Virus record (IMG/VR): IMGVR_UViG_3300022719_000071
Coordinates: 1-64,000 of that record
Length of the DNA: 64,000 nt
From: a virus
Lineage: Duplodnaviria; Caudoviricetes
Reading direction: 5' to 3' (one strand)
The notes under the pieces are model-generated. The model made no database searches. It was not told the DNA's origin and saw only the letters and a list, made by a program, of their open reading frames with translations. Of this stretch, positions 27,931 to 37,920 are shown piece by piece. The position numbers were made by a program, and so were the translations under genes. Position 1 is the first letter of the stretch, and every line of letters starts with the position of its first letter.

Positions 27931-28359
27931 TTACGGGAGCAGGTTCAACTGGCCTAGAAGGATCTTCAGATCGTCCTTGTCACCGAAAACGTAACCACAG
28001 GTATCCAGCGGAATCAGGTGAGTGACCAGACCATCGGTGATGGGGTAGCTCGGATCATGTGTCACACCAGCCGGGAAGCCCATCTTCTTGGCAGCCTTGT
28101 ACACCAGCGGAAGCTTGTTGCCGTCGATGTCCAGGGTGATGGTCACACCGAAACCTTGTGGAGTGGAAGTCTGCCACTGCTCGAACATCATGATCATGCG
28201 ATTGGGATAGTTTGGTTTTTCGGTATCCCGCATGAACTCGAACACGAACTGGTTGGCAGCATGTGCGCCCTGAGCAACCTTCTTGCCAGGGTTCATGCTG
28301 TCCAGGTCCGACCGCATCAGGATGTACAGATACGGGTTTGGCTCTTTCATCAAATCCAT
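27931..28359 (-). CDS. Peptidyl-tRNA hydrolase type II (Pth2)-like
   Basis: YILMRSDLDSMNPGKKVAQGAHAA, HDPSY, TCGYVFG. Confidence 0.7.
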   Translation of the reverse strand: MDLMKEPNPYLYILMRSDLDSMNPGKKVAQGAHAANQFVFEFMRDTEKPNYPNRMIMMFEQWQTSTPQGFGVTITLDIDGNKLPLVYKAAKKMGFPAGVTHDPSYPITDGLVTHLIPLDTCGYVFGDKDDLKILLGQLNLLP

Positions 28360-28682
28360 GGCCGGTCTCCGATGATTTCCTTCATGCGCTCGTACGTGCG
28401 AGGAGCTTTGTTGCCCGTTGCCATCTCCTCACGCAGAAGTGTCTCCAGTTCCTGCCAGTTGTCGATGAGGTCGTTCCACACGGGACCGAGTTTTCGCACC
28501 TTGTTGAGATGCCGACGAGCCTGGGGTACAGCCTCCAAAAACCAAACACAACGGCGAAGGTCAGCGGGATCCAGCGGAAACAACGGACGCTTAGGGGTGA
28601 TACCTGCCACTGCGGCAGCCATAGCCGAAGATGATAGACCGGTCTCGCCGTTTGCGAACCAATCGATGATGTCTTTACGCAC
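28350..28682 (-). CDS. Conserved phage hypothetical protein
   Basis: WFANGETGLSS..PLDPADLRRC..W. Confidence 0.6.
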   Translation of the reverse strand: MRKDIIDWFANGETGLSSSAMAAAVAGITPKRPLFPLDPADLRRCVWFLEAVPQARRHLNKVRKLGPVWNDLIDNWQELETLLREEMATGNKAPRTYERMKEIIGDRPWI

Positions 28683-28736
28683 GGGGAACTCCCTCGTTGA
28701 ATTACAGAAGCAATGTATAAGGATGGATTACAATTG

Positions 28737-29444
28737 TCAAGAAGAAAAGTCAGAGATGAACATAAATTCTTCATCCTTCTCTCGAAACAAATTCTTCGAT
28801 AATGGGAAAAAGCCCCCTTTGCAGTGATCAGAGATCCACTTGGTGGCTTTTTCCTTTATCTTCGGTCTGTTCAAAGCAGAATCAGAAAACACGAATTCCA
28901 TGTCGTAGGTTTCGGTTCTCTTCCATTTTCCATCTTCCCAAGTCTCGGAGAATTTCTTGAAGATGATAGCAGTGACGAAATCTTTCAAATCTTCGTCTTG
29001 TATACTAAGCATGAGTCGATTGGCTTCCAAAGAGGGGTTCTGGTCGTCACGAGAGATGACACCGTTTTCGTACCACATCTTCACCGACATGTTGAAATTG
29101 TCCAAAGATACAGCAGGCATGATGCGACTGTATTTCACGTGAGACTGAATCTCACCATCAACGTTCAGAGAAATGTAGGATGGCGCACCCGACATAATAG
29201 AAGGAAACCAAATTTCTTCACGACCGGTTTCTAATTCGACCATTCGGATTGGATTTCCTTCGTTCTTGGCCCAGGCTTCTTTGTCATGGTGACTAAGATT
29301 ATGAATTCCACCAACCGTACGGACGATGAAATTCTCTCTTCCTTCAATCCATTTTATTGGATTATCGAAGAGTTGTGTAACGCTGTCGTCTACATAGACG
29401 TTTTTCAGGACTTCTATGGTGCTCATGTCAGCAATAGTAATCAC
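28737..29444 (-). CDS. Hypothetical protein
   Basis: 235-aa ORF. Confidence 0.55.
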   Translation of the reverse strand: MITIADMSTIEVLKNVYVDDSVTQLFDNPIKWIEGRENFIVRTVGGIHNLSHHDKEAWAKNEGNPIRMVELETGREEIWFPSIMSGAPSYISLNVDGEIQSHVKYSRIMPAVSLDNFNMSVKMWYENGVISRDDQNPSLEANRLMLSIQDEDLKDFVTAIIFKKFSETWEDGKWKRTETYDMEFVFSDSALNRPKIKEKATKWISDHCKGGFFPLSKNLFREKDEEFMFISDFSS

Positions 29445-29913
29445 ACAACGCTTGATTTACAAGCTCCTAGTATTTACATTGGTCATGGTCATTGTTCTTG
29501 TCTCCTGACAAGATTCGGCGGATTTCGCCATAAGCCCCGCTGGGTTCATCCCTTCGGGGCTTAATTTTGTAAATACGTTGTGTAATGACCACAGGAAAAC
29601 ATTACATGGGCGCAACCAAGAAGTTTGAATCAGCGAAGTTTCTGAATCACAAGGTTCAGGTGCGGTGTGACGTTGATCGTCATATCGTTCGTATCATTTG
29701 TTCAAAACAAGAGATCGCATCCAGATACTTGGCTAGATTGATTGTCGAAAAGAAGATTGGCTCAGTGGATACTGTCATCTACAGCGCAGCAAAAAATTCC
29801 AGGGTTGTGGCTCTTCTTCGTGGGGAAAGCCTCAACCGCTTCCTACGTGCTGGACAAAAGCACCCTCTTCCGAAGCCAAAGAAAAAGTTTTCAGAACTGG
29901 CAGACGGTTCTGC

Positions 29914-30477
29914 TTAAACCATCTTATCCAAATCTATAACTTCTCGCTCGTTAGGATCTCTCTTTTCAGGAGGTTTGGGCCATGGAAGCTCATATACTTC
30001 TGGATGCTCTCGTCCTTCCAAAGAATTCTGAAACGGGAATTTCAACATCATACCCTGTATATCACCCAGCGCAGTAGCACGTTGACCACGTTGCAACTTC
30101 TCAGCCATCTCTTGATTCCAAGGAAACTGATAGTACCTCGGTACAATGATGCCTTCATACATCAACAGAAGATAGATAGCTTTACCTTCTTGTAGAAATT
30201 GTGCCAAGATTGTAGCGTCCTCAACGTCGGGACGCTCCCAGGTTAGAATGTCCACCGGTTTTGGTCTACTTAATAGTTCTCCCATGGCGACATACCCGAC
30301 ACCTAGTGCCACCATGAAGAAAACCGAAATGATTGAACGTCGGAGTGGAAACTTATCGAATATTCCAAGTATCGACACCAAGAACACTGCAATGCCTAAT
30401 GATGCAAACAGTGTGTATAGCGTCATATCGGTTCGTTCGCTGAATAACGTTAATGTTTCAATTTCCATATTTATCAC
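29914..30477 (-). CDS. Two-TM membrane protein
   Basis: Third gene of an overlapping membrane trio; LLSRPKP motif after the TMs. Confidence 0.65.
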   Translation of the reverse strand: MINMEIETLTLFSERTDMTLYTLFASLGIAVFLVSILGIFDKFPLRRSIISVFFMVALGVGYVAMGELLSRPKPVDILTWERPDVEDATILAQFLQEGKAIYLLLMYEGIIVPRYYQFPWNQEMAEKLQRGQRATALGDIQGMMLKFPFQNSLEGREHPEVYELPWPKPPEKRDPNEREVIDLDKMV

Positions 30478-31099
30478 CAGTTCTGATAGACTTGAATACG
30501 GTTGAGAAACTATCCTTCACAAGATTTCTGTTATCATCAATCTTGAACCGTATTGCTGTAACTTCTTCGGTTACATGATTTAGTGTAACGATCTTACTTA
30601 ACACCTTGATCGAAGAAGATGTAGATGATTCGGTGTCATCCTTCCTCATAGTGATCAAAACCTTCACAGGCACCGATGTTGCGCCATGAGCGTTACTAAA
30701 CCAATGGAGATTGATAATGTATTCTCCCGGCGGAATGCCACGAGAGAATGAAACCTCGTAGTTCATTTCAGATAGGTCGGCGTAATTACCCAGGTCATCA
30801 CGAACTAGGTTGAACACTACACCCGTGAGGTTTGAATATCCTACTGGAGTATCACCAGGAGCTTTGGACCATAGATCAATGTCTACGTTTAGGTCTTGTG
30901 GCCAAATGATCTCAACTCGAATATTACCACGAGACCGCTCTTTCTCAGCGTCGTTCTCTTTTGGTGGGTTGATGTGGAAGATCAGAATGAGCAATGCCAC
31001 CATGACACCACCCAAAGCGCCCAAAATCAAATCTCGAAATAGGGTATTGGTGGTGCGTTCGTCACCAAAAGATCCGCTGAACCAGGAATTGTCCAGCAT
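30458..31099 (-). CDS. MotB/ExbD-like single-TM protein
   Basis: LFRDLILGALGGVMVALLIL TM with Asp, followed by a beta-rich domain (DIDLW, DDLG, PGEYIINLH). Confidence 0.55.
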   Translation of the reverse strand: MLDNSWFSGSFGDERTTNTLFRDLILGALGGVMVALLILIFHINPPKENDAEKERSRGNIRVEIIWPQDLNVDIDLWSKAPGDTPVGYSNLTGVVFNLVRDDLGNYADLSEMNYEVSFSRGIPPGEYIINLHWFSNAHGATSVPVKVLITMRKDDTESSTSSSIKVLSKIVTLNHVTEEVTAIRFKIDDNRNLVKDSFSTVFKSIRTGDKYGN

Positions 31100-31103
31100 G
31101 ATG

Positions 31104-31694
31104 TTATCCTCCGAGTACCTTGGAGTACAAGTATGCGTTGCCTTGCATTAAAATGTAATGATTGGTTCGAAGCCACAAGTTCACTACGCCACCAACCAGA
31201 GTAGTATGGAATGCTACGGATAGTCCTTTCAGGAGACCACCCACTACCGCACCAGCATTCGCTGCGTTGGAGATGTCTTCCGGATTGACATGCGAAAATC
31301 CGAAAATCAGTCCCACAACCGTGCCCATGACACCTACTGCCAAAGCAGCGGTTGCGAAGAAGTCGATGAAAGATGCGTTGCTTATGAGTTCGGTCTTGAG
31401 AGCATCACGAGATTCTGAACGGTCGGAACCTTCTCGGTTTGACGCTTTGAGATATGCTTCTCGGATACTATCCGAAATCCTGAAGAAATTACGAAGCTGA
31501 ACTGCTCGGTAAGCGCTTACAGCTAGAACAAGAAGAAAACTAACTGCAATACCATGGGAGATATAGGTGATGTCCTTCTCGAAGATATACGGGATCCACC
31601 CTTGGTGCCAAGCCGCTGCCACCAGCGAAGTCCAAAGTGTGTTAACGATAACCCATTTCGAGAGAATGGCGTCATTACCACGGGTTGATAACAT
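31104..31694 (-). CDS. MotA/TolQ/ExbB proton-channel-like protein
   Basis: ALAVGVMGTVVGLIFGF and GLSVAFHTTLVG. Confidence 0.75.
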   Translation of the reverse strand: MLSTRGNDAILSKWVIVNTLWTSLVAAAWHQGWIPYIFEKDITYISHGIAVSFLLVLAVSAYRAVQLRNFFRISDSIREAYLKASNREGSDRSESRDALKTELISNASFIDFFATAALAVGVMGTVVGLIFGFSHVNPEDISNAANAGAVVGGLLKGLSVAFHTTLVGGVVNLWLRTNHYILMQGNAYLYSKVLGG

Positions 31695-31769
31695 GCTGAG
31701 TTACCTCTTTTAGCGTTTCGTATCCTAATATATAGGTAGTGGCAACATAAACGTCAACAGGCAATTTCC

Positions 31770-32150
31770 TCAATTCATGCCACTGAACCATTTTTTCCAC
31801 AGTGGGTATTCGTATCCGTACCCCCATCTCCATCCGAACGGGTAGAATGGGCTCCCACCAAATCGAACACCGTGATACATCAAGTACGCCCAAATTGGAT
31901 AACCATTGTCCTTCACGCACTTATAGAGATCTAGATCTGCTTGAACCCGATCTGCCCAAGTTCCTCCTCTCCAGTATTTACGGTCGTGCTCAACACAACA
32001 ACCATGCCAGGGAAGATCGGTCTTTGTAAAAGGCTTGACGAATGTCTGCCAGAACCAAGACATACCACCTGAGCATCCATCCGTAGTGAACGAAATCGGT
32101 GGGGTTCTGTTGTCTCGGGGCTTGTAATACTCTCTCATGAAGGTATTCAC
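31770..32150 (-). CDS. Phospholipase A2-like (CCxxHD) protein
   Basis: TTDGCSGG, GCCVEHDRKYW, ADLDLYKCV, MYHGVRFGG. Confidence 0.5.
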   Translation of the reverse strand: MNTFMREYYKPRDNRTPPISFTTDGCSGGMSWFWQTFVKPFTKTDLPWHGCCVEHDRKYWRGGTWADRVQADLDLYKCVKDNGYPIWAYLMYHGVRFGGSPFYPFGWRWGYGYEYPLWKKWFSGMN

Positions 32151-32160
32151 TGAAATAGAT

Positions 32161-32234
32161 TGGAGCGGGATGCGGGACTCGAACCCGCCTCTTCAGCTTG
32201 GAAGGCTGAGGCACAACCTCTATACCAATCCCGC
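32161..32234 (-). tRNA. tRNA-Gly(TCC)
   Basis: TCAGC-CTTCCAA-GCTGA; ends TCCA. Confidence 0.95.
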
Positions 32235-32264
32235 ATTTGGGGGCAACTGATGCCCCCGACTCGC

Positions 32265-32396
32265 TTAGTTGAGCGATCCTGGTGCCTCGCCACCAAGGCT
32301 ATCTGGTCCCGGTAGGAATCCAGAAAAACCTAGTACGGCTAGAAGCACAACAACGGCTAGTGCGCCGTATAGAATCCACTTTTTGTCAAAACCCAT
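32265..32396 (-). CDS. 43-aa membrane peptide (not in ORF track)
   Basis: MGFDKKWILYGALAVVVLLAVLGFSGFLPGPDSLGGEAPGSLN after GGAGG, followed by hairpin GGGGGCA-TCAGT-TGCCCCC. Confidence 0.65.
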   Translation of the reverse strand: MGFDKKWILYGALAVVVLLAVLGFSGFLPGPDSLGGEAPGSLN

Positions 32397-32476
32397 GATT
32401 TTTTCCTCCATTATTGGGAACGATTTCCCCTATATTTATAGGGGATAAAACATGAGTCAAGACAATGTAACAAATT

Positions 32477-32552
32477 TGGTGCTACCGGTGAGATTCGAAC
32501 TCACGACCTCTTCATTACCAATGAAGTACTCTGCCAACTGAGCTACGGCAGC
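32477..32552 (-). tRNA. tRNA-Thr(GGT)
   Basis: CTTCA-TTGGTAA-TGAAG; ends ACCA. Confidence 0.95.
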
Positions 32553-32558
32553 ATTTTG

Positions 32559-32632
32559 CGCCCTTGACAGGAGTCGAACCTGTAACCTTTCGGGTAGGAG
32601 CCGAGTGCTCTGTCCAGTTGAGCTACAAGGGC
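32559..32632 (-). tRNA. tRNA-Arg(CCT)
   Basis: CTCGG-CTCCTAC-CCGAA; A20 in D loop; no encoded CCA. Confidence 0.9.
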
Positions 32633-32655
32633 ATAAAACCTTATTTATAGAACCA

Positions 32656-33249
32656 TCACTTGGATTTGTCAAGTATTACCAAACGTCTCTTATGCATCGG
32701 GTCAGGGCAAACATAACTCAGTTCTACTAATGCTTTGAACCCCTGGGCAGTGAGATCGTTTTCCAATCTTCTGTTGCTCTCTATGGATTTCCCCTTGCGA
32801 TACTCGAAAACAACTCTAGTGCTTTGCAACGCCATATCAAGTAAGACATCGTATCCGGTACGAATGGAGCATCCCAGGATGACTAACCCGATTGTTTCGC
32901 CTTGTCCCTTGCAACGTGCCAGTTCTTCTAGACCGACATCATCATGCCTACCACAAACCGCTCGTTGTTCATCACCCATTTTAGGGAAAGGTATTAACGT
33001 GTATTCTCCTTTCATTCCAGGTAGCTTAGAATCATCACGGTATCGTAAGTCTACCGTAACATAGCTCATGGGTCTTTTAGAAAACTCTAAAAGATAAGGG
33101 GCAATTGGCAAATCACCACCACCAATCTCTATTACATGATCACAATCATGTACGTACCTGGATGCTAACACTTGACGAAGAAGTAGGGTGGAGCTTTTCA
33201 GGTGACTAGTTGAAATATAACTGCTAAGAGCTTGGGGATTCTGATTCAT
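32656..33249 (-). CDS. Hypothetical protein, methyltransferase-like motif I
   Basis: VIEIGGG, YVTVDL. Confidence 0.45.
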   Translation of the reverse strand: MNQNPQALSSYISTSHLKSSTLLLRQVLASRYVHDCDHVIEIGGGDLPIAPYLLEFSKRPMSYVTVDLRYRDDSKLPGMKGEYTLIPFPKMGDEQRAVCGRHDDVGLEELARCKGQGETIGLVILGCSIRTGYDVLLDMALQSTRVVFEYRKGKSIESNRRLENDLTAQGFKALVELSYVCPDPMHKRRLVILDKSK

Positions 33250-33643
33250 GGATTGCCATCAAGGTTGCGTTAACTTGATCTATGAGACTGGCTGTGCAAC
33301 GAGCAATGTCATCGCCCTCCTCCAGTTCCACGGTGATTTCGGCGTGCGGACGGTCACTCTCGTAGTTGCCGAGATTGATCGTCATCGTTCGTCCTACTGT
33401 TAGAGTCTTCGGTTTCATCTTCCAAATATAGGTAGTTTCGAAATTTCAGTCAAGGTATTGCACTCGAAGACATTCTTTTCATGCCATTCCGACCGTTTCT
33501 CAAACCATTCCTTTGCCTTTTCACAAGACTGAAGCTCAGTGAATAGATGAACTCCACATCGGGTCTCCTGCGTCTCCTCATAGTAAACACAGATACGCCA
33601 AATATGTGGGTTTGGATCTCTTGCGACTGCCGGAAATGACAGA

Positions 33644-34210
33644 CTAGCGGTCACTATAAACCCAACGATGGAACGCTTGAACGATTTCAACTTGATTTAC
33701 CGCATCGTCAACTGGATGGTGAACTGTACCCTTAAATGTTTTCTTCTTAGCTTCCGGCATCAAATTCTTGATTGTTCTCACATCCATTTCAACCCATGGA
33801 GAAAAAGGCCATTTGGAGCCAACTTCCTTACAGGCGTTTCTCAGTATGATGACATCAAATGATGGACTGTTTGCCCACACCCTCTTTGCCTTCATCTGCT
33901 TGCACCACTTATAGAAGTCGTCAAGAGCAGCCTTCAATTCTACTGGCTCTGGATCAAACAACGATGCTTTAGCATCATCCCCTTGCTTCTCCCACCACGA
34001 TACTGTGGACTCTGAGAAGGTGCCATAGGTCAAGGCAGACTCGAATGTAATGTTCTGATGGAAGGGAGCATCAATCGTTCCCTCTTCATCAATATTGAAT
34101 AACACCGAACCGATACTAAGCACCGCTGAAGTGGGCTCAGTATCGAGTGTTTCGATGTCTACCATGCAATCCATCAGTCCGAATCCGGATGCCCGAATGA
34201 ATGACGCCAT
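33644..34210 (-). CDS. 3'-5' exonuclease (DEDDh; Rv2179c/ExoVIII-like)
   Basis: MVDIETL, WANSPSFD..IL, MDVRT, HHPVDDA. Confidence 0.85.
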   Translation of the reverse strand: MASFIRASGFGLMDCMVDIETLDTEPTSAVLSIGSVLFNIDEEGTIDAPFHQNITFESALTYGTFSESTVSWWEKQGDDAKASLFDPEPVELKAALDDFYKWCKQMKAKRVWANSPSFDVIILRNACKEVGSKWPFSPWVEMDVRTIKNLMPEAKKKTFKGTVHHPVDDAVNQVEIVQAFHRWVYSDR

Positions 34211-34397
34211 CCTTCAGTGCCGAAGATATCCTCCATCTCGTATTCGTCCAGTTTCATTTCCAAAGCATCCAGGTGTCCAAAAACACTCATGATTTCATCG
34301 GTAGTGGCATGACCCACCGATGCCTTGCCACGGATGATGTTGAGTTCCTTGTCGCTTAGAAGTTTCATATGATGTTGTCTTATAGTAGTTAAAGGTG

Positions 34398-34762
34398 CTT
34401 TACGATATCTATAGCCGGGATTCTGTCAAGAGCTATCATTCATCTTGGGGTATGCTTTTCAGCACCCCTCTTCGCCCCCTACCCGCCCCTCGTCGTGCCG
34501 AGTCATCAGAGCTGTCTGGAGTTGCACCGACCAGAGTTTGCTTCCGCAACATGTCGCCATGCTACGTGTGGTCTCTTACACCACCGTTCCACCTATTGCC
34601 TGTGCTCAACCTACCCGAAGGGTGAGCCATCGGCTGTCTGTCTCTATGGCACTTGTCCTCAGCATTACGCCGGGTGGGATTTCCCCACTGGTCTGCACTA
34701 TGGTGTCCCGAACTTCCTCTCTCCCAATAAAATGGGCCGAGCGATAGCTTGAATACCTGCAC
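34398..34762 (-). ncRNA. rnpB: Bacterial type-A RNase P RNA
   Basis: CR-I GAGGAAGTTCGGG (34707-34719), AGTGCCATAGAGA, GGAACGGTGGTGTAAGAG, GCAAACTC...GTGCAA, CR-V GACAGAATCCCGGCTATA (34410-34427); P2 GCTATC/GATAGC; upstream TTGCCT-17-TATATT promoter. Confidence 0.92.
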
Positions 34763-35309
34763 ATACTTAATATAGCTTACTTCGGCATGTAAGGCAAGAT
34801 GCTTAGAAACATTATGCCAGCCAACATACCAATCATTACGATCAACGCAATAATTGGCGGTAGGATCTTCATGAAAATCACGTCCTTGATTTGTGCAATA
34901 CTAGTCATTTCTATTACCTCGATTGTTTAGATTACCGCAATATATATTGCACTGCACCATTCGTCAAGGATACCTGTATTACAGTGATTTTACCGTGAGA
35001 TTTCCTCAAGTTCATATGAGAAAATTTCATCAGCGATACGATCCTTATGGGTAGGAATCCCGAGTAGTTTTTCGCCATGGCATATATAGCAGCGGGGCTT
35101 ACCACAGCCTCCACGTTTTTGACCCTTACGAAACCGATTAGGCTGCTGTTCGCAGACGCAACCAGTATCCTCGTTTCCATGTATGATATGATTATGTTCA
35201 CGCCATGTGCGGAGCGCACGGGCACGTTCGAGAGATGCTCGACGCATGATACTTCTCCTTTGTTGGCGGCTACCGCCCCGAAGAGTGGTAGCCTAACTAG
35301 TCTTTCGTA

Positions 35310-36203
35310 TCATGGTTCTGGATGTCCTCTGTTGTAGGTTGGATTACGTTGCCCAGCACGTCCAAGGTCTACCTCTGGATCGTATCTTGGGCTCTCTTCG
35401 CCACCCGGCATGAATTCCGGATGATCTACTTCTTTCAAGTCGTCATCATCCTCCAAATCGGATAGCGATAACTCGTCATCATCAATTGTATCAGACAAAT
35501 CGTCCATATTTAACATCGTTGGATCTTCACCAACGTGGTCAACCTCAGATGGGGAACCGTTATTGTCAAGTTCCATGCGATGTAGAAGCTCACCGAATTC
35601 CTCTGGCTTGAACTCTTTATCCTCTTCCTCTTGCGGAACTCCCTCGTGACCACCTACAGTTAGGTAGTCTGGCATGGTGTCTGCCTGTTGGGCGTTCGGA
35701 TCGCCAACAGGGCGACCACCCCAATCCTCCAATACGTCATCCAGGCTTTCCCAAGAGTCTCTGTACGGGTTGGGGTCAATGGATGGACCGGTATCCTCAA
35801 TCATCTCTCTGAAGCTTCTACGGTTCTTCTGAGTACGTACACGGGCTTGTGCCTTGTCAGCGGAGTTCAGCACTTCCATAGGAATACCGGGCTCACCGGT
35901 ATACGGAAAATAGTGTTGAGCCTTGGGGTCTTTCTCCGATGCAGAAACTACATCACCAAACCCTTCTTCACCAAAGGCATCCTGCCACGGGTCCACGATG
36001 GTCATATCTGGCATCACTAGCCAGATATGACCATCCTCAATTCGACCGTTACGTGTTACAAAGAACCCGGAAGTTACTGTCGAGTCCTGAAAATCAGGAA
36101 GTCGAGACAGAGTTTGCACAAGATCCTTGCATGTGCCATCTTCTGCACGAACGCAGTCACGGAGCAATTCAATTAAGCGACGGGTCTTGGATGCTAGTTT
36201 CAT
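35310..36203 (-). CDS. Hypothetical protein; N-terminal Cys-His-Asp transglutaminase/papain-like pattern, acidic C-terminus
   Basis: GTCKDLV...GHIWL...IVDPW. Confidence 0.45.
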   Translation of the reverse strand: MKLASKTRRLIELLRDCVRAEDGTCKDLVQTLSRLPDFQDSTVTSGFFVTRNGRIEDGHIWLVMPDMTIVDPWQDAFGEEGFGDVVSASEKDPKAQHYFPYTGEPGIPMEVLNSADKAQARVRTQKNRRSFREMIEDTGPSIDPNPYRDSWESLDDVLEDWGGRPVGDPNAQQADTMPDYLTVGGHEGVPQEEEDKEFKPEEFGELLHRMELDNNGSPSEVDHVGEDPTMLNMDDLSDTIDDDELSLSDLEDDDDLKEVDHPEFMPGGEESPRYDPEVDLGRAGQRNPTYNRGHPEP

Positions 36204-36211
36204 GCATGTAT

Positions 36212-37132
36212 TTAGATACCCATGACTGGCACAGTCTCCTTAAAGGACACCATCCTTTCGATTGGTGTCCTCGCACGTTCTGCTTGCTCATCGGTAATGT
36301 AGTCAATTGGAACACCAGACTTTCCGTTGATGGCATCCTGAACCTTCTGCATCGTGTTGAGCTTCATGTACGGACACGTTACACAACGACATCCTAAGAA
36401 CTCTGGTACCTGGGAAATCTTCAGGTCTGGACGCTCTTCCTTCATGATTTCCAGAAGCTCGTATTCCGTTGCCACAAAGATCGTTGCATCGGATGGACCA
36501 TCATACATTTTGACCCATTCAAGCATGCCCTTGGTGGATGCGATGAAGTCCGACTCGTCCAAGATAGCCATTGGACTTTCTGGGTGAGCAATCAAGAATC
36601 GATTTGGATGTTGCTCGAATCGTTCTTGTAACATCTCGATATCAAATCGGTCATGGACCTCACAGACAGCAAACCAGATAGGCATATCGATATCAAGTTT
36701 ACGTCTGTAGTATGCTCCCATGTTTCGGTCAGGTGAAAACATCACCTTTTTACCCTCGTTGAGTAAGCTTGTAATAATTGGTTCCACGTTACGTGAGGTC
36801 ACGATCCAGTCCGCCATAGCCTTCTGAGCTACGCTGGAATTGATGTACATCACATGGGTGTGGTCCGAATGTTCATCCCTCCATCTCTGGAGATCGTTGG
36901 TATCGGTCTGTTCGACCAAGGAACAGGTAGATCCCCAATCTGGTAGGATGACTTCGGATTCCGGGTTGAGCACCTTAGCTGTTTCAGCCATGAAGCGAAC
37001 ACCAGCAAACACAATGCGGTCTGCTTTCTCTTCTTGTGCTACTCGGGCTAGTTCCAGGCTATCGCCCGTGTGGTCAGCGATACGCTGTACTTCGATGGGA
37101 GCGTAATAATGGGCTAAGATTAATGTACCCAT
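36212..37132 (-). CDS. nadA: Quinolinate synthase
   Basis: ILAHYY, ADHTGDSLEL, GVRFMAETAK, CSL, YINSS, PDRNMG, CEVH, AHPES, ATE, CPYMK (three Fe-S Cys). Confidence 0.97.
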   Translation of the reverse strand: MGTLILAHYYAPIEVQRIADHTGDSLELARVAQEEKADRIVFAGVRFMAETAKVLNPESEVILPDWGSTCSLVEQTDTNDLQRWRDEHSDHTHVMYINSSVAQKAMADWIVTSRNVEPIITSLLNEGKKVMFSPDRNMGAYYRRKLDIDMPIWFAVCEVHDRFDIEMLQERFEQHPNRFLIAHPESPMAILDESDFIASTKGMLEWVKMYDGPSDATIFVATEYELLEIMKEERPDLKISQVPEFLGCRCVTCPYMKLNTMQKVQDAINGKSGVPIDYITDEQAERARTPIERMVSFKETVPVMGI

Positions 37133-37218
37133 TGGAAATCCTCCAATGTTGTGATTGCCAAAGGTCTATCCCTTGGTCTTACACTATATTTAGGGATCTC
37201 GGGGTAAATGTCAAGAAG

Positions 37219-37309
37219 TGGCGGAAGGGGTGGGATTCGAACCCACAAAGCCATTGCTGGCTCAAACTGCTTTCGAGGCAGCGCCGGTCGCCAATCCGGT
37301 AGCCTTTCC
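37219..37309 (-). tRNA. tRNA-Ser(CGA)
   Basis: GCTGC-CTCGAAA-GCAGT, long variable arm, ends GCCA. Confidence 0.95.
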
Positions 37310-37810
37310 TTATAGACTACTTACAGTGTGGTAACCCCTGCCCATAGAAGAATGCACACGACTAGTAGGGCGAGTTCTGCTACCAATCTAGGATGAATGT
37401 TCATGTTTCGATTCCTTCGTAGTCTGCATGTTGATCGTCATAGTCGATGATAACCTGGATCTTGGCTTTTCTGTACTTAGCAACGACTGTACCATCGACC
37501 GATGGCTCATTATTCGTGATGATAAACATGTAAGCGTCGTCATCGCCACGGAATCGATAGGATACTCTACCATTACACAAGATCTCGTGCAAGGTTCCTT
37601 CGGAGGTAATTTCGAATGAGGATTTCATTCAACCAATGTAGGTCTTACATTGGCATAGGTCCAGGGTAGTAATCGTCATCCTCCCTAACTTCACGCCAGA
37701 ACTTCTTGTGATAAATGGGATTGGATTCTGTTCTTCGAGGACGATTGGACAGAGTCGTTAGAACAACGACAAATATGAAAAAGGCGAGGACTAGTACTAA
37801 TTCCATTTTG

Positions 37811-37885
37811 AGGCCGGAGTCGGATTTGAACCGACGTTGACATGGCTTTGCAGGCCACCGCATAACCAGACTCTGCCACCCGGCC
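37811..37885 (-). tRNA. tRNA-Cys(GCA)
   Basis: GTGGC-CTGCAAA-GCCAT, U73; no encoded CCA. Confidence 0.93.
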
Positions 37886-37920
37886 CAAGAGTCTTCCTAT
37901 GTATATATAGCAACTGGACA

